Assembly (NCBI GenBank): GCA_030770535.1
Contig: JASVEC010000013.1
Coordinates: forward strand, 248,001 to 312,000
Length of the DNA stretch: 64,000 bases
From: Batkoa obscura
Taxonomy: Eukaryota
Reading direction: 5' to 3'
Shown: positions 36,705-48,611 of the stretch, in pieces
How the letters are laid out: every line of letters starts with the position of its first letter
Position numbering within the stretch: the stretch's first letter is position 1
Notes under the pieces: generated by a model
What the model saw: only the letters and a program-made list of their open reading frames with translations
The model's database searches: none
What the model was told of the DNA's origin: nothing
Translations under genes and position numbers: made by a program

Positions 36705-37828
36705 TAAAAGTGGTCTTTTGGAGATTTTATAAATGATGAAAATACAAGCTGCTTTTTACTTTATTGGTCATCAGTGTTTTATTTTATACTTATTTTAAAG
36801 TAAAAAATAAGTTGAGATTAGCTCCAAGCATTTGCTTTTCTTTTGAAAGTGCAGGTTTATTAACAGATAAGGAGTATTGCTTTTTTTCTTTGAAAATAAA
36901 TGCTTAAAACAATATTTACATTAAATTAATACTTACTAAGGAAGGCTTTGATTAAGAGTTGAATGTAAACTGGCAGACTAAAAGAAGGGTAAGCTATAGG
37001 CAGTAGCTAGGGTAAATAAATCAACGTACCTTTCAATTAAAACTTGTTTTAAATGGTCAAGTCGATTTAATTTAAAAGAAAAAAGTTTATTCAAAAAAAC
37101 TTGATTCGAAAATACATACATGTAAGGACAAATCATCACATTAAAAGTCAGCCGCTAGCTTATAGAATTATTTGTAAATAGTTAAGGTAGCTGAGACAGC
37201 GATTAATAGTGGTAAAAATTCGAAAAAAAGGGAAGAGGTTAAATATAAAAGGGAAGTATTAAATTTAATGCCTTGGGCATGACTTAAGATGGCAAGAGAA
37301 GCAGAGCACAGAGTCTAATTAGATCCGAAATTCCAATTAGATAAAAATAATTTCAAACTCTAACTAGATTTTATTTTACACTTTTAATTTTCGTTTGAAT
37401 TTGCTATTTCACTTCATTTAGACCCATCTTAATAATTTTAAGTTAATTCCTGTTGTTTGGCTTTTCAATTTTAAAATTGTTAAAGAAATGATATCAAAAG
37501 AGTGTAACGTCAGAAATGCGCTAAAATTAATTTTAATTATACACCTATAAAACAATTTCCTTTTTTGTAGTTGCACTAACTGCCTGGATAAAACATTCAA
37601 TTATTTCTCTTGATTAATTTTAATTTGTTGTATAGTAACTTATAACTAGATATTAAAATAAAATAAAAATACCGATCATTTGAGTATAGTGTTAGATTGT
37701 TTTCACTGCTCATCTTTTAAATTGGTATGCAACTAACATTAACCATTCATTAAAAGAATATAAAAGAGCATCGATCGTTACCTACAATAAATGTAAATAA
37801 ATTAAATTCAATATTAAAAAAACGTAAA

Positions 37829-38167
37829 ATGAAAGCGTCTCTCGTTTATATGCCCTTTTTATTAGCTTTTACTTTAAGCGTACCAATTGATGATAAAGGC
37901 TCTATAGATGGCCAATCGATTGAAAAAGTTAAAGGCGTTGTTTCACCTCAACTACAATCAATGAGTGGTTCTGGAAATCAAGAAGAACAAAATGAGCAAC
38001 GAAATCCTAGAGGTAGGAATTTATTTAGGCAAGCAAAAGCAATCCGTGATTTTGGAAGTCTATCAAGTCAAGATACACAAGGTGATTTGAATGATAGGAA
38101 TGTAAGTAATCTAGACCAAAAAGTAAGCGATTCTGAAAGTCAAGCAGGGGAAAGTAAGCGCAAGTAA
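37829..38167 (+). CDS. Secreted protein, 112 aa (array member 8)
   Basis: MKASLVYMPFLLAFTLSVP leader, TATAAAA at ~37759, and the family-type 3' AAATAAAAAA. Confidence 0.75.
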   Translation: MKASLVYMPFLLAFTLSVPIDDKGSIDGQSIEKVKGVVSPQLQSMSGSGNQEEQNEQRNPRGRNLFRQAKAIRDFGSLSSQDTQGDLNDRNVSNLDQKVSDSESQAGESKRK

Positions 38168-38817
38168 TCAAGCGGTGATGTGACAATAAACTACTAGATT
38201 GGTGTTAGTAGTGACAAGTTTTAAGAGTTTGTGATTTTGAAGATATAGCTTATTTTTTGTTCCTCTTTTCCATCGCCACATTTTATAATTATATGTTTAA
38301 ATAAAAAATAGATTAAATTAAACTTTGAGTTTATAAGGTTTATAAATTGCACTTTTTCTAACTATTAGTTTTTATTAAGAGATAGGGAATAATGCGATTA
38401 TTTTACATCTTCCCTCATAAATCTTTAAGCATTTTAGAATACCAATGGGTCAAGATAGTAAATAACTGTGTAAGAAATTTAGCAAAATGCAAAAAAGATG
38501 ATTGAAAAGTATTAATAGCTTTGTCAAAGGTAACATGGAAATGCCATATACTATATATTTAAATACTTATTTTTGTTTTGTTATAAAAGTATTTCAATTG
38601 CATTTATCTATTATTTAACTTTATTTCTATTTTCATAAAAATTACTGATGCTTTTTAGTATTGCTGTTTTATATTAATCACAATTTTTTGGTATTATTAG
38701 AATACAATTATAAGCATATTGTTATTTATTAATACCTTAATTTTTAATGAAAATATGTAAAAAAGGCGCCTATGTTATTATGTAGTTTTATTGTTGTATC
38801 AAAAGGATCATAAAAAC

Positions 38818-38914
38818 ACGAGGCATTTTTGTTTCATTACTCTTTCTATTTTTTGAGCGCTATTGAGTAGAAAAAATGTTGGCAAATTTCTTAAACAGAA
38901 AGAGACATCTCTAT
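38818..38914 (-). mobile_element. MITE family A copy (degenerate)
   Basis: GTTTCATTACT...GCGCTATTGAGT...CTTAAAC...ACATCTCTAT. Confidence 0.7.
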
Positions 38915-39069
38915 ACCGATTTTTTGGCCATGACATCAGATCATTTTTACTATCTACCTTTTAAATTAGTGTCATTGACTATAGCTGCATATTATATACA
39001 TATATATACAACTTAACCATTATCTTTAAAAAAAGAAATCTTAACCTAATATTAAAAGGAGTAATAGCA

Positions 39070-39330
39070 ATGAAAACATATCTTGTTTGTATTCCCTTTT
39101 TATCCGCTTTCATGTATATCAATTGATTAAAAAAGTAACGTCAAAGGGTCAAAACATATTATACATTAAAAGAGTAGTGGTTTAACTCAAAAACATCAGT
39201 AATATAAGCTTATGACTTTTGTGTACATGATGCTGGGCAAAAAACGATATCTGATCCTCTAATCAAGGCCAACCGCTTAGACAATTTATATAATAGGATT
39301 TATTGTATAAAAGTAATGGTGGCCCAATAA
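39070..39330 (+). pseudogene. Array member 9, degenerate
   Basis: MKTYLVCIPFLSAF... leader then an early stop. AGTAATGGTGGC tail and the family 3' flank are recognisable; end is approximate. Confidence 0.6.
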
Positions 39331-39559
39331 TTTTTAAAAAATGTATATTTTTTACTCTCTCCTTCGCATTGTTACATTTATGTTTATACTTATAGTAAGT
39401 TAAGAAAATAAATTATAATTAGTTTAGATATAAATAATTTATAAGCTAATCTAATTAAAATTAAGGGCTTTTATAAAGGCATAAAGACAAAAAACAAATA
39501 TGACCACAATTTTTACTCGCATCTTAAAGTTTTATTTAATTTTTATACCCTCCCTTTAT

Positions 39560-40340
39560 GGTGACATCCCAATTAAACTCCCACTTAGCTTATTTCTATA
39601 TTTTTACAAATGTTATTAAGATACTTTTTACAAAACAGCCACCTACCACACGTATAAATCTAAAGCTTCAAGCTTTTTTAGCACTTATAAATTCATTTAT
39701 TAATCCTTAATCCTCAAATATCATTTTTAGAGCTTATATAGACATTCAAGTCATCAGCCCATACATTACCCGAAAAATTTTAACTTTAATATAATTAGTT
39801 TGATCTTACGTTTTTATTCCAGCACAAAACAAAAATACTTGCCTTTTCTTGCTTTATATTGCTACTTTTGCTCTAAGGTAAATGAATAACTTTTTTATTG
39901 ATTTTGCTAATGTCATTTATCTTCAAACCTCTGACCTTGTACATATCAATGTTTTCTTCTAAGCTAAACGCTTTTTGTGATTGTTAACTTTATAAGTTTA
40001 CTTGAGTCACTGATTTTTATCAAATATCTCTCACCTAGTCTTTCTGCTACAATTCTATTATTTTTTTCCATCACTGTTGCCTATACTAATCAATAATTTG
40101 ACCCAAATGCCTTTGTTCCTACATTAACCTTAACTTTTTACGTAGATAAACAGTTTATTTTAAAGAGCTGTCCGCTATTCTGAATTTAAAATTAAGGGAT
40201 ATAAAACGGGTTTTTGATATTTTCTTATTGATTTTACTATATACTAACCTCAGTTTCTAAAAATATTTTGTTTCTGTTATAAACTCATTAACATAACAGT
40301 ATATGATACTTTAATCTCCTGCCTTTGCCATTTAAATACC
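39560..40340 (-). mobile_element. Decayed non-LTR retrotransposon-like remnant (APE endonuclease motifs; possible RT motif)
   Basis: Minus strand shows, in APE order and spacing, AGD* (~40323), IP*F...KINCL (~40200-40150) and GSNY*LV (~40100, derivable from GSDHRLV by transitions). VWADDLNV lies at ~39765. Boundaries are approximate. Confidence 0.4.
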
Positions 40341-40558
40341 TTACTATAATAAATACATACAAGACTAATTTTTAATTTTTTAAGGAAAGATATCAAAATA
40401 TTTGTTGAAACATAGGAAGTAGCTTTACAATAGTTTCTAAATATTCATGACTATAATAAAGGTGGCTTAAAATTTAGCATCTGCCTATAAACTATTTTCA
40501 TAAGCTAGTTTGTTAAAGTTATTATAAAGTGTTAAAAATTATTAACGTTCTAGATAGA

Positions 40559-40675
40559 TATAGTTAGGGACAAAAGTGATTATATGGTGTTTTCTTTCCT
40601 TTTTTTTTGAATGAAACAAAATAGTAAAAAGTAGAAAAATAGTACACCTTAGAATCACTTTTGTCCCTAAGTACA
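40559..40675. mobile_element. MITE family D, Tc1-like TIR
   Basis: Perfect 18-bp inverted repeat TTAGGGACAAAAGTGATT (40564-40581) / AATCACTTTTGTCCCTAA (40653-40670), extending imperfectly inward. Confidence 0.7.
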
Positions 40676-41230
40676 TTTATCATGTTAAAGGATGAATTTT
40701 ATTAAATGTTTTTAACATTAACATTAAGTAATATTCAATATTTTGACAAAGTAAATTTTATTACTAAAAATATCAAACTAATAACATTATAAAATTATTG
40801 CTTTTTGAATAAAAAATTTAAATTGAACAAAACAAAAATTTTAAATACGAATTTAAATTACTAAAGTTGTATTCTATATTTTAAAAGCAATTTAAGCATT
40901 AAAATCAATTGATAATAAAATTTTTAGGCTATGATAAAATAATAATAGCTTATTTAAAATGTGCTGCAGTTAGCTCTAATTTATTCCTTTTAAAAATTTC
41001 ATGTTTTTACAGTCACATTTACAGTCATACCATTTAAGTAAAAATTAGATCATTCGTATTACTTTTATCTAAATTGGTAACTATATGTTACTACTTAGAA
41101 ATATCGATAACAACTGATTATATTGGTATAACTAGATAACAACTCATCAGAAAAATGTATAAAAGCATCAACTTTTACCTCCCAATAGACCTAAAAACCC
41201 CAAATTCAATATTTTAAAAAAGCGAAAACG

Positions 41231-41420
41231 ATGGAAGCATCATTGTTTATGTTATCTCCTATTAGCTTTTACTTTAAGTGTTCCAATTGGCGAGTAAGTT
41301 TCTGCTGATGAAAACCAAGTTTAAGAAGCTCTTATTGAAGATGTAGCTCAACAGGCATCACCATTGGCTAATCGTCGAAAAGGAGGCTTATTGGACGGAA
41401 TTTATAATGTGAACATTTAG
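41231..41420 (+). pseudogene. Array member 10, frameshifted
   Basis: ATG at 41231; LLAFTLSVPIGE*VSADENQV*E...GGLLDGI appears in a shifted frame. Confidence 0.7.
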
Positions 41421-41746
41421 CTACTTTTTATTCCTCTAACAATGCTGCAATTTATATCTGTGTTTTGAAATAAAAATAAGTCGAAACTAATTTTTATTTT
41501 TATAAAATTGTTTCTAATTTTTTTAAAATCAATCTTTTTATTAACTATATTGAACTGTTTGTAAATAAAAAAGGAAGGAAGGGGAGTCTTGTAGCATGAC
41601 TCTGCTTTATCTTAATATCCATTTTTTTATAGATTACTTGACATATAAATCCTTTTAAAAATTTTATAGAGAATTTTTTAATGGATAGTAAATGCAGTTA
41701 AATGTGTCAAATGTTTGAAAATTAAATTTCTACAATTCTAGACGTT

Positions 41747-41913
41747 TATAATTGTTGCAACTCTTTTGCGACCTTATTTCTAATTCAAAAGAAAACTTTA
41801 TGGTAAAATTTTGTCAAAATAAATGGATTAGGTTATAAAAAAATTGACAGTATAAATAATTTGCTTATAAAAATTACTACAAATCAGGTTCCAAAAGAGT
41901 TGCAACAGCTGTA
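41747..41913. mobile_element. MITE family C copy
   Basis: TGTTGCAACTCTTTTG ... CAAAAGAGTTGCAACAGCTGTA. Confidence 0.75.
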
Positions 41914-42188
41914 ATAATAATTTATTTAAAATAAGCTACAGTTAGCTTTAATTTATCCTTTTTAAAAGAAATTATAATTATAGTTATACTAGCTACCAGA
42001 TATTAAATTGTACTAATTTTATTTTAAATTGGTGCGCAACTATATAAGTATATTTATAAATTGATAAAAGCATTGATTATCTGGATATAATAATAGATAG
42101 CAACTTATTAAAGATATATTAAAGTATTAACTTTAGCTTTTTTAATATATGTAGTTAAATTAAGTTTAGTATTTTAAAAACATAAATA

Positions 42189-42417
42189 ATGAAGCTATTA
42201 CTTGTTTATGTCTTTTTTTTATTAGCTTTTATTTTAAGCATTTTATTTAGTAAATTAATTTCTGCTACTAAATAAGTTAAAAAAGCTGCTGCTAGAGATA
42301 CAGCTTAATAATTATCATTAATAGCTGGTAATAAAAACCAAATAAATAATAAAAGCAATAAAAATAAAAATATAGAAATAAAAGTTCATTAAGTTTAAGT
42401 TTTCTAGAGTTTTAATA
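42189..42417 (+). pseudogene. Array member 11, heavily C->T/G->A mutated relative of member 10
   Basis: MKLLLVYVFFLLAFILSILF...TK*VKKAAARDTA**LSL. Flanks are collinear with 40950-41620. Confidence 0.7.
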
Positions 42418-42578
42418 AATAATAAATAATTATTTACTTTTTAATTATTTAATTATTTATAATTTTTATTAATATTGATGTTTTTTATTAATCAGTTATT
42501 AGAAAATTTATAAATAAAAAATGGAAAAATAATAACTTTATAACTTATTTTTGCTTTATATTTATAATTATTTAAAAC

Positions 42579-42682
42579 ATGGGGATATATTCTTTTGTTT
42601 AAGAATTTTACCAACAATCTTTCCACTTAAATAGCACTTAAAAAATAGAAAAAGTAATGAAGCCAAAAAAGACACCCAACAT
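42579..42682 (+). mobile_element. MITE family A copy
   Basis: Consensus match. Confidence 0.85.
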
Positions 42683-43243
42683 ATACAGTTATGACTGCAT
42701 CTATCATTGGAAGAACTTTTAAATTTGTAAGACTGGATTTAATATCAATAATTGTGGTTTTATTGTGGTTTTATTGCGCTAATAAAAAATAAATTATTAT
42801 TTTCAAATCTAGTTTTAAAAAATAAATAAGTTACTAGTTACAATGGTTAATTATTTTTATACTTAAAAATGATTTAGTTTTAAATAAAGATAATGACTAT
42901 ATATTTTTACCGTATACTAAGGAAATCAATATTTATAACTGTATTACAATTCTATATCCTCATCACTTAATTCTTAATCAAAAAAAGATGACTATTTCCA
43001 AGACATTTTTTAGAATTACGCCAACTGTTAGGGTAAAACATTAGATCATTTTCGTTTACTTTTTATTTTTTAATTGCATATATAACAATGTCGAATAAAT
43101 TTATTAAAAATAGCTATAAAAATTATAGTTCATTTAAATGTAACAAGTTGTAACTTTTATTTTAAAAAAGTATATAAAAGGTATCAATCATTATCTACAA
43201 ACATATAAATAAACAAATATTAGTATTAAAAGTAGTAAACAAA

Positions 43244-43420
43244 ATGAAAGTATTCCTTGTCCTTATTTCCTTATTACTAGGTTTGACATTAAGTATACCA
43301 ATAACTGAAAACTCTCCTGTTGACGTACGAGTTTTGAATATTAGACGTAATATTGAATCAGGAGACCAATTGCTAAGAGATGTTTTAAATCTAAAAGAAC
43401 CCCTTTTAATGAAAATATGA
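43244..43420 (+). CDS. Small secreted protein, 58 aa (array member 12; below ORF-track cutoff)
   Basis: MKVFLVLISLLLGLTLSIPITENSPVDVRVLNIRRNIESGDQLLRDVLNLKEPLLMKI*, with TATATAAAA at 43171. Confidence 0.65.
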   Translation: MKVFLVLISLLLGLTLSIPITENSPVDVRVLNIRRNIESGDQLLRDVLNLKEPLLMKI

Positions 43421-43824
43421 AAAGTGATGATTTATCTATAGTATTTTAGATTCAAATTTTATAAATATTAAAGATCCATTTTATTTTTATTATTGCTCTG
43501 TATATTTTTTGTTTTTAGTAAAATAAAAAATGATTAGAAATTAAGCTTTTTTTAACAATTGATCACTTTAGTTAATGAGATATAGTTATAGTATTTATTC
43601 TGAGTGAGTTTTTGTTTGAATTTTCAATAGTAAAGTTTCAAAGGAAATTATCACAAAAGATGTAATATACTCAAAATAGGTTGTAATTAATTTTAATTAA
43701 CTCTTTTAAAGTGATTTCTTTATTTATAGTTACACAAACTGATTAAATATAATATTATATCACTTTTGTCTTTTCCATTTTAAACCGTTGTGTAGCAGCA
43801 TGCTATTACATATCAAAAGAGCAT

Positions 43825-43927
43825 ATGATGATGTATTTTTTTGTTTAAGAATTTTACTAGTAATTTTTCCACTAATATAGCGCTTAAAAAATGGAAAAAG
43901 TGATGAAGCCAAAAAAAACACCCCCGT
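43825..43927 (+). mobile_element. MITE family A copy
   Basis: Consensus match. Confidence 0.85.
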
Positions 43928-44162
43928 ATACTGACATCTTTTTTACCTTTGTTCATTTATCTATCTTTTGTGCAATAAAAAAGAGATAATTTACTCATGA
44001 TGTTTATAAACAAAAGACATTTTTATTTAATAATTTTGATTATTTGAGTATGGTATCAAATTAATTTTGAGCACTATTAATTTACTATGTAATAGCGTAT
44101 GAACACTTTATAAAAAAGTATATAAAGAAACCAATTTTAATCCTCTAAATATAAAACAAACA

Positions 44163-44600
44163 ATCAAAGCACCTGTTGTTTACATTTCTTTTTTATTATC
44201 TTTTGCTTTAAGCGTAGCAATTGGTGAAAAAGTTCATGTTAAAATACAAAGTCAAGGCATTAGACACGCTGGTCAAACTCAACTATGACTGAAACTTGGT
44301 TTTGGAAACCAAATAGAACAAAATGTCTAGAGTAATAGTTTTGGAGGGATGTAGGTACTGAAGCACAAAAAGGTTTTAGAAGTCAATTTGTTTCCAATGC
44401 CCAAAGTAACTTCAATGATGATAATGTAAGTAATCAAACACAATCAAAGGTTAGTTTTGGAGATCAAACAGATTAGCTACGCAATCGGGTACTATTGATT
44501 CTCTCAACCAAGGACAATTGATGGCTGAGTTTGAGGATCAAATGAATTTAAATAATCAGCATTGATTTAGTGGTGGTAATTGCTGTAATTTAATATATAA
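44163..44600 (+). pseudogene. Array member 13, start lost (ATC), with stops and a frameshift; closest to member 8
   Basis: IKAPVVYISFLLSFALSVAIGEK...; AQSNFNDDNVSNQ matches TQGDLNDRNVSNL of member 8; GTGGTGGTAAT tail. Confidence 0.7.
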
Positions 44601-45356
44601 GATTGATGTTAGTTTACTTATGAGTAATATGGATTTATTTTTATCATTTCCCCTTCTCTCATTGAGTTTTATATCATAACACTATTTAAAATAAAAAATA
44701 AGTTGAAATCAAGTTTAGAGTTTGTATCTAATTATAAGGTTTTTGGAATTAATGATTTTTATATTCGTTGAAAATGAAGTTTTTAATGGCTTATTAATAC
44801 ATCATGTTTAGTGTATAAATATGACTTATTTAAGAATTTAACTAATAAATTGTTCAATTCCTTTAATTCTCATACGTTGATAAAGGAGGAACATCGGTCA
44901 ACAATTAAACTATTTTGGTAGCTTTACTAATTAAATATAGTTAATTATAGTTCATAAATTTGTGTTTTATATGTTTGCTTACAATCAATAAATAAGAAAG
45001 AAATATTGAAATACTATTCTATTTTTATGCTTTAAAAGCTTTCTTATTATTGAAATTTTACTAATTTATCTGCCATTTTTAATACAAAAAGTCGGTCCAA
45101 TTTACATTAACAAATTAAAACTATACTAAACCCCCGATACCTTTCATTCAAAGGCCCATTAAATACTATATTCACCTAAATTTCATAACCTTATTATATA
45201 GCTTTCCTTCCATCTCATTCCAACTTCCATTTTTCCTATCAAATTTCTATCTCGAATTTAATTGGTTAATCCACCATTTAACAAAAAAATAAAATCTCCA
45301 AAATATATTTCAATTCCAAGTCTTCCAAATTTCCATTTCTTCATTCAACCAAACCA

Positions 45357-46959
45357 ATGGGTAAAAAGAGCCAACAAAAGCGTAAACAACAAGAGATAGC
45401 GGAGAGTATCTTAGGTACTAAAGGACAAATTAAACCAAAGATCATCAAAAAGAAAAAGGAAACTGATACACCATTAGTATTAACTAAACGAGAGCTTGAA
45501 TCCTTAGAAAAAGAGATTCATAATTCATCAACCACTACAAAATCAAAATCAAAATCAAAATCGGGAAAATTGATCCCTGAAGATGATGATGACGAAGAAG
45601 TTTGGGGGAATAGTTATAATTTTGATGCCCAAGGAAATTTAATTGTTCAAGAAGAGGAAGAGAATGGAAGGACTGGTGAAGAAACCAGTTTGGAGTTATT
45701 AGGAAATACGATTACTAAAGGAATGATCGAGTTGGGGAAAAATTTTGTTAAAAAAGGGAATAGTAAATCAAGTAAAAATAAAATGAATCAATTATTAGGT
45801 TTGATTGGTGGGAGGAAAAAGGAAAAAGTAGTGATGAAGAAGACGGAGGAGGAAGAACAGGAGGAGGAAGAGGAGGAGGAGATCAAGGAAGGAGATGATA
45901 TCAATGGTGAAATTGAACATGAAAATAAAGTTAAAGGTGGGAATAGAGGAGATGATGTTGTAGATGAAGAGAATGATAATGAAGAAATAGAAGAAGAGGG
46001 ATCAGATATAGACTCAGAAGGTAACTAGTAAAAATTCAAATAAACTAAAATTAGATTAATTTCAAATAGAAGAAGAAGAAGAAGAAAAAGAAGACATGTA
46101 TGTTAAAAAATATGGTGAAAGCCACTATAATGAAGAAGAAATGAATAACAAAATAGAAAAGATTAAGGATAAAAGCTATAATAATTTGGTAGTTAAAAAA
46201 CAAGAACATCAATATTGGATTAATTTGGCAACAACAGAAGAAAGCTGTAATCAAGAGGATATTGAACGTCAAATGAAATGGGAATTAAAGGATTATTTTA
46301 TTAAAAATAGATTAATTGAACCTTTTGGGAAATTAAATTTAAAGAATGGTGGTAAGTATTTATTATTATTATCATTTATTTATAATATTATTTATTTTAT
46401 TTTTTTATTTTTAATAGAAGATAAAGAATTTAATAACTCACAAAAAGAAATATTTTCATTACTTAATAATTATTATGATTTATTTTATCCCATTTTAAAT
46501 TTAAACAAAACAAATGAAATAAGGAATGCTTATATGTTACATGCTTTAAATCATATTTTTAAGTAAGCTATAGTTATCTTTATTATTTTATTTATAATAT
46601 TTATAATATTTAATTATTAACTATTATAGAGTGAGAGATACAATTTTAAAAAATAATTTTAAAATTGCCAAAGCTAAATTACAAAATAAAGAAATAGAGT
46701 AAATTAACTAATATCAGTTAAAGCTTAAAGTAAAACTAATATTTTTATAGAAATATTAAAGATAGTGGATTTACACGTGCTAAAGTACTAATATTAGTAC
46801 CCTTTAAATCAGTGGCATTAGATATTGTTAATAAGTTATGTGATTTAAGTGGCTGTGATCAAATTCAAAATAAAGCTAAATTTTTAAATGAATATCAATT
46901 ACCTAAAGGTACTATTGATCCAGTTAAAAATAATATAAAATTACCTGGTAATCTATTAC

Positions 46960-47031
<72 letters not shown>

Positions 47032-48194
47032 CTTTTATTTTAATTAGAGGACCATCGACAGATCTTTAGTGGCAATACAGAAGATTATTTTAAATTAGGT
47101 ATTAAATTAACGAGAAAAACACTAAAATTATATACTTCTTTTTATCAATCGGATATCATTCTTGCATCCCCTTTAGCTTTACGCTTAGGTACAGAACAAA
47201 AGGAATATGATTTTTTATCAAGTATCGAAATTGTAATATTAGATCAACTAGATCATCTTTGTATGCAAAATAGTGAACATTTACATCACTTATTTTCAAA
47301 ATTAAATCAAGTACCAACTGAAGCTAGAGATGTAGATTTTTCTAGAGTTAAATCCCATTATTTAAATCAACAAGCTGAATTTAATTGTCAATTGATTACT
47401 TTATCTCAATTAATTACCCCAGAAATTCAAGCTTTATTTCATAAATATAGTAAAAATGTAGAAGGTAAGAAAGAATAATAATTTAATTAAAAGTAGTTAT
47501 TAAAGTATTAATAATTAATTTTATTATTTAGGTAAAATTCAATATTTTGAACCAGTATTAGAAGGTCAATATTTAAGGATTGAAAATCCAGTTTCCCATA
47601 AATTATTTCGAATCTTATCTAACGGTCAATTGACTCAACAAGATGAATTAAGATTTGAATATTTTAAAAATAATATATTACCTCAATTGAATCAAAAATT
47701 ACAATTTGAAAAAAAAGTCATGTTATTTATTAATAATTATTTTGATTTTGTTAAAGTTAAAAATTATTTAAAATTATTAAATTTTGAATTTGGTACTATA
47801 TCTGAATACTCCAGTATTAAAGAAGTATCTAAATATAGAAATTGGTTGAAGATTGGTAAAATTAATTTGATTTTATATACAGAAAGATGTCATTTTTATA
47901 GAAGGTAAAAAATGATTTTATTTTATCTTATTCTATAATACAAATAATATATTAATATTAATTTATTTTAGATATAAAATTCAAGACATTAATGAAATTA
48001 TATTTTATTCTTTACCTGATTATTCCAATTATTATAATGAATTAATTGATAATATTCAATTAGATTCATTGAATAATAAGATTAATATAACGATTTTATT
48101 TTCTAAATGGGATGAACTTAAATTAAATGGGATTTTTGGTACTAAAAATACTCGTTCTTTTATTCATGGTAATAGGGATCAAATTAACTTTTAA
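45357..48194 (+). CDS. UTP25: U3 snoRNA-associated protein 25 (UTP25/DIEXF), multi-exon
   Basis: Acidic N-terminus, AYMLHALNHIFK, DSGFTRAKVLILVPF, FYQSDIILASPLALR, DFLSSIEIVILDQ, YTERCHFYRR|YKI..IIFYSLP. Stop TAA at 48192. Confidence 0.9.
46962..47027 (+). repeat. (AAT)22 microsatellite inside a UTP25 intron
   Basis: Perfect AAT run between GTAATC (46948) and the TAG acceptor (~47047). Confidence 0.9.
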
Positions 48195-48332
48195 ATGCTA
48201 ATTATAGAAATAATAAAATAATAAGATAGATTTGAATGAAACTTTTCATAAAAAAGTAAATTATTTATTTTTATTTTATAAATTTTTGTTATCTTTCTTA
48301 AATCTTCTTTCAATCTTTATATCATAATAGCT

Positions 48333-48611
48333 TTAAAAATTTCTACCATTTTTTAATAGAAATCTCTCTGGTTCTTCGCCTTCTTTTGATTGAACACATT
48401 TCAACCAAACTTTTAAAGGTTCATAAACTTCTCTTGGTTCATGAAATAAACCTTGAAATATATCTTCCATATGATCATTACAACGGTGACTCTTTGGCAT
48501 CTTTTTAGGTAATGTTCTCATTGGTTTTTCAATTAATACATCATAATCAAATTGACTTTTAATATCTGCTTTTTGTTGTTCAGATGTGGAATTTGTTGAT
48601 GAACTAGACAT
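48333..48611 (-). CDS. Hypothetical protein, 92 aa
   Basis: ATG-started ORF with host-like codon usage, convergent with UTP25. Two Cys; no family recognised. Confidence 0.6.
   Translation of the reverse strand: MSSSSTNSTSEQQKADIKSQFDYDVLIEKPMRTLPKKMPKSHRCNDHMEDIFQGLFHEPREVYEPLKVWLKCVQSKEGEEPERFLLKNGRNF

Noticed and set aside
23312..36732. Antisense and alternate-frame ORFs over the secreted genes (e.g. 23312, 23753, 23767, 23811, 26992, 27017, 28188, 30041, 30328, 31480, 31631, 36429)
   Set aside because: Shadow ORFs of low-complexity coding sequence. Only the +1-frame tails are discussed as ancestral remnants.
43791..43810. Imperfect palindrome TGTAGCAGCATGCTATTACA
   Set aside because: Too short to distinguish a collapsed MITE from chance.
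46948..47047. Poly-Asn tract in UTP25
   Set aside because: The AAT run lies within a GT-AG intron; homology resumes after the acceptor.
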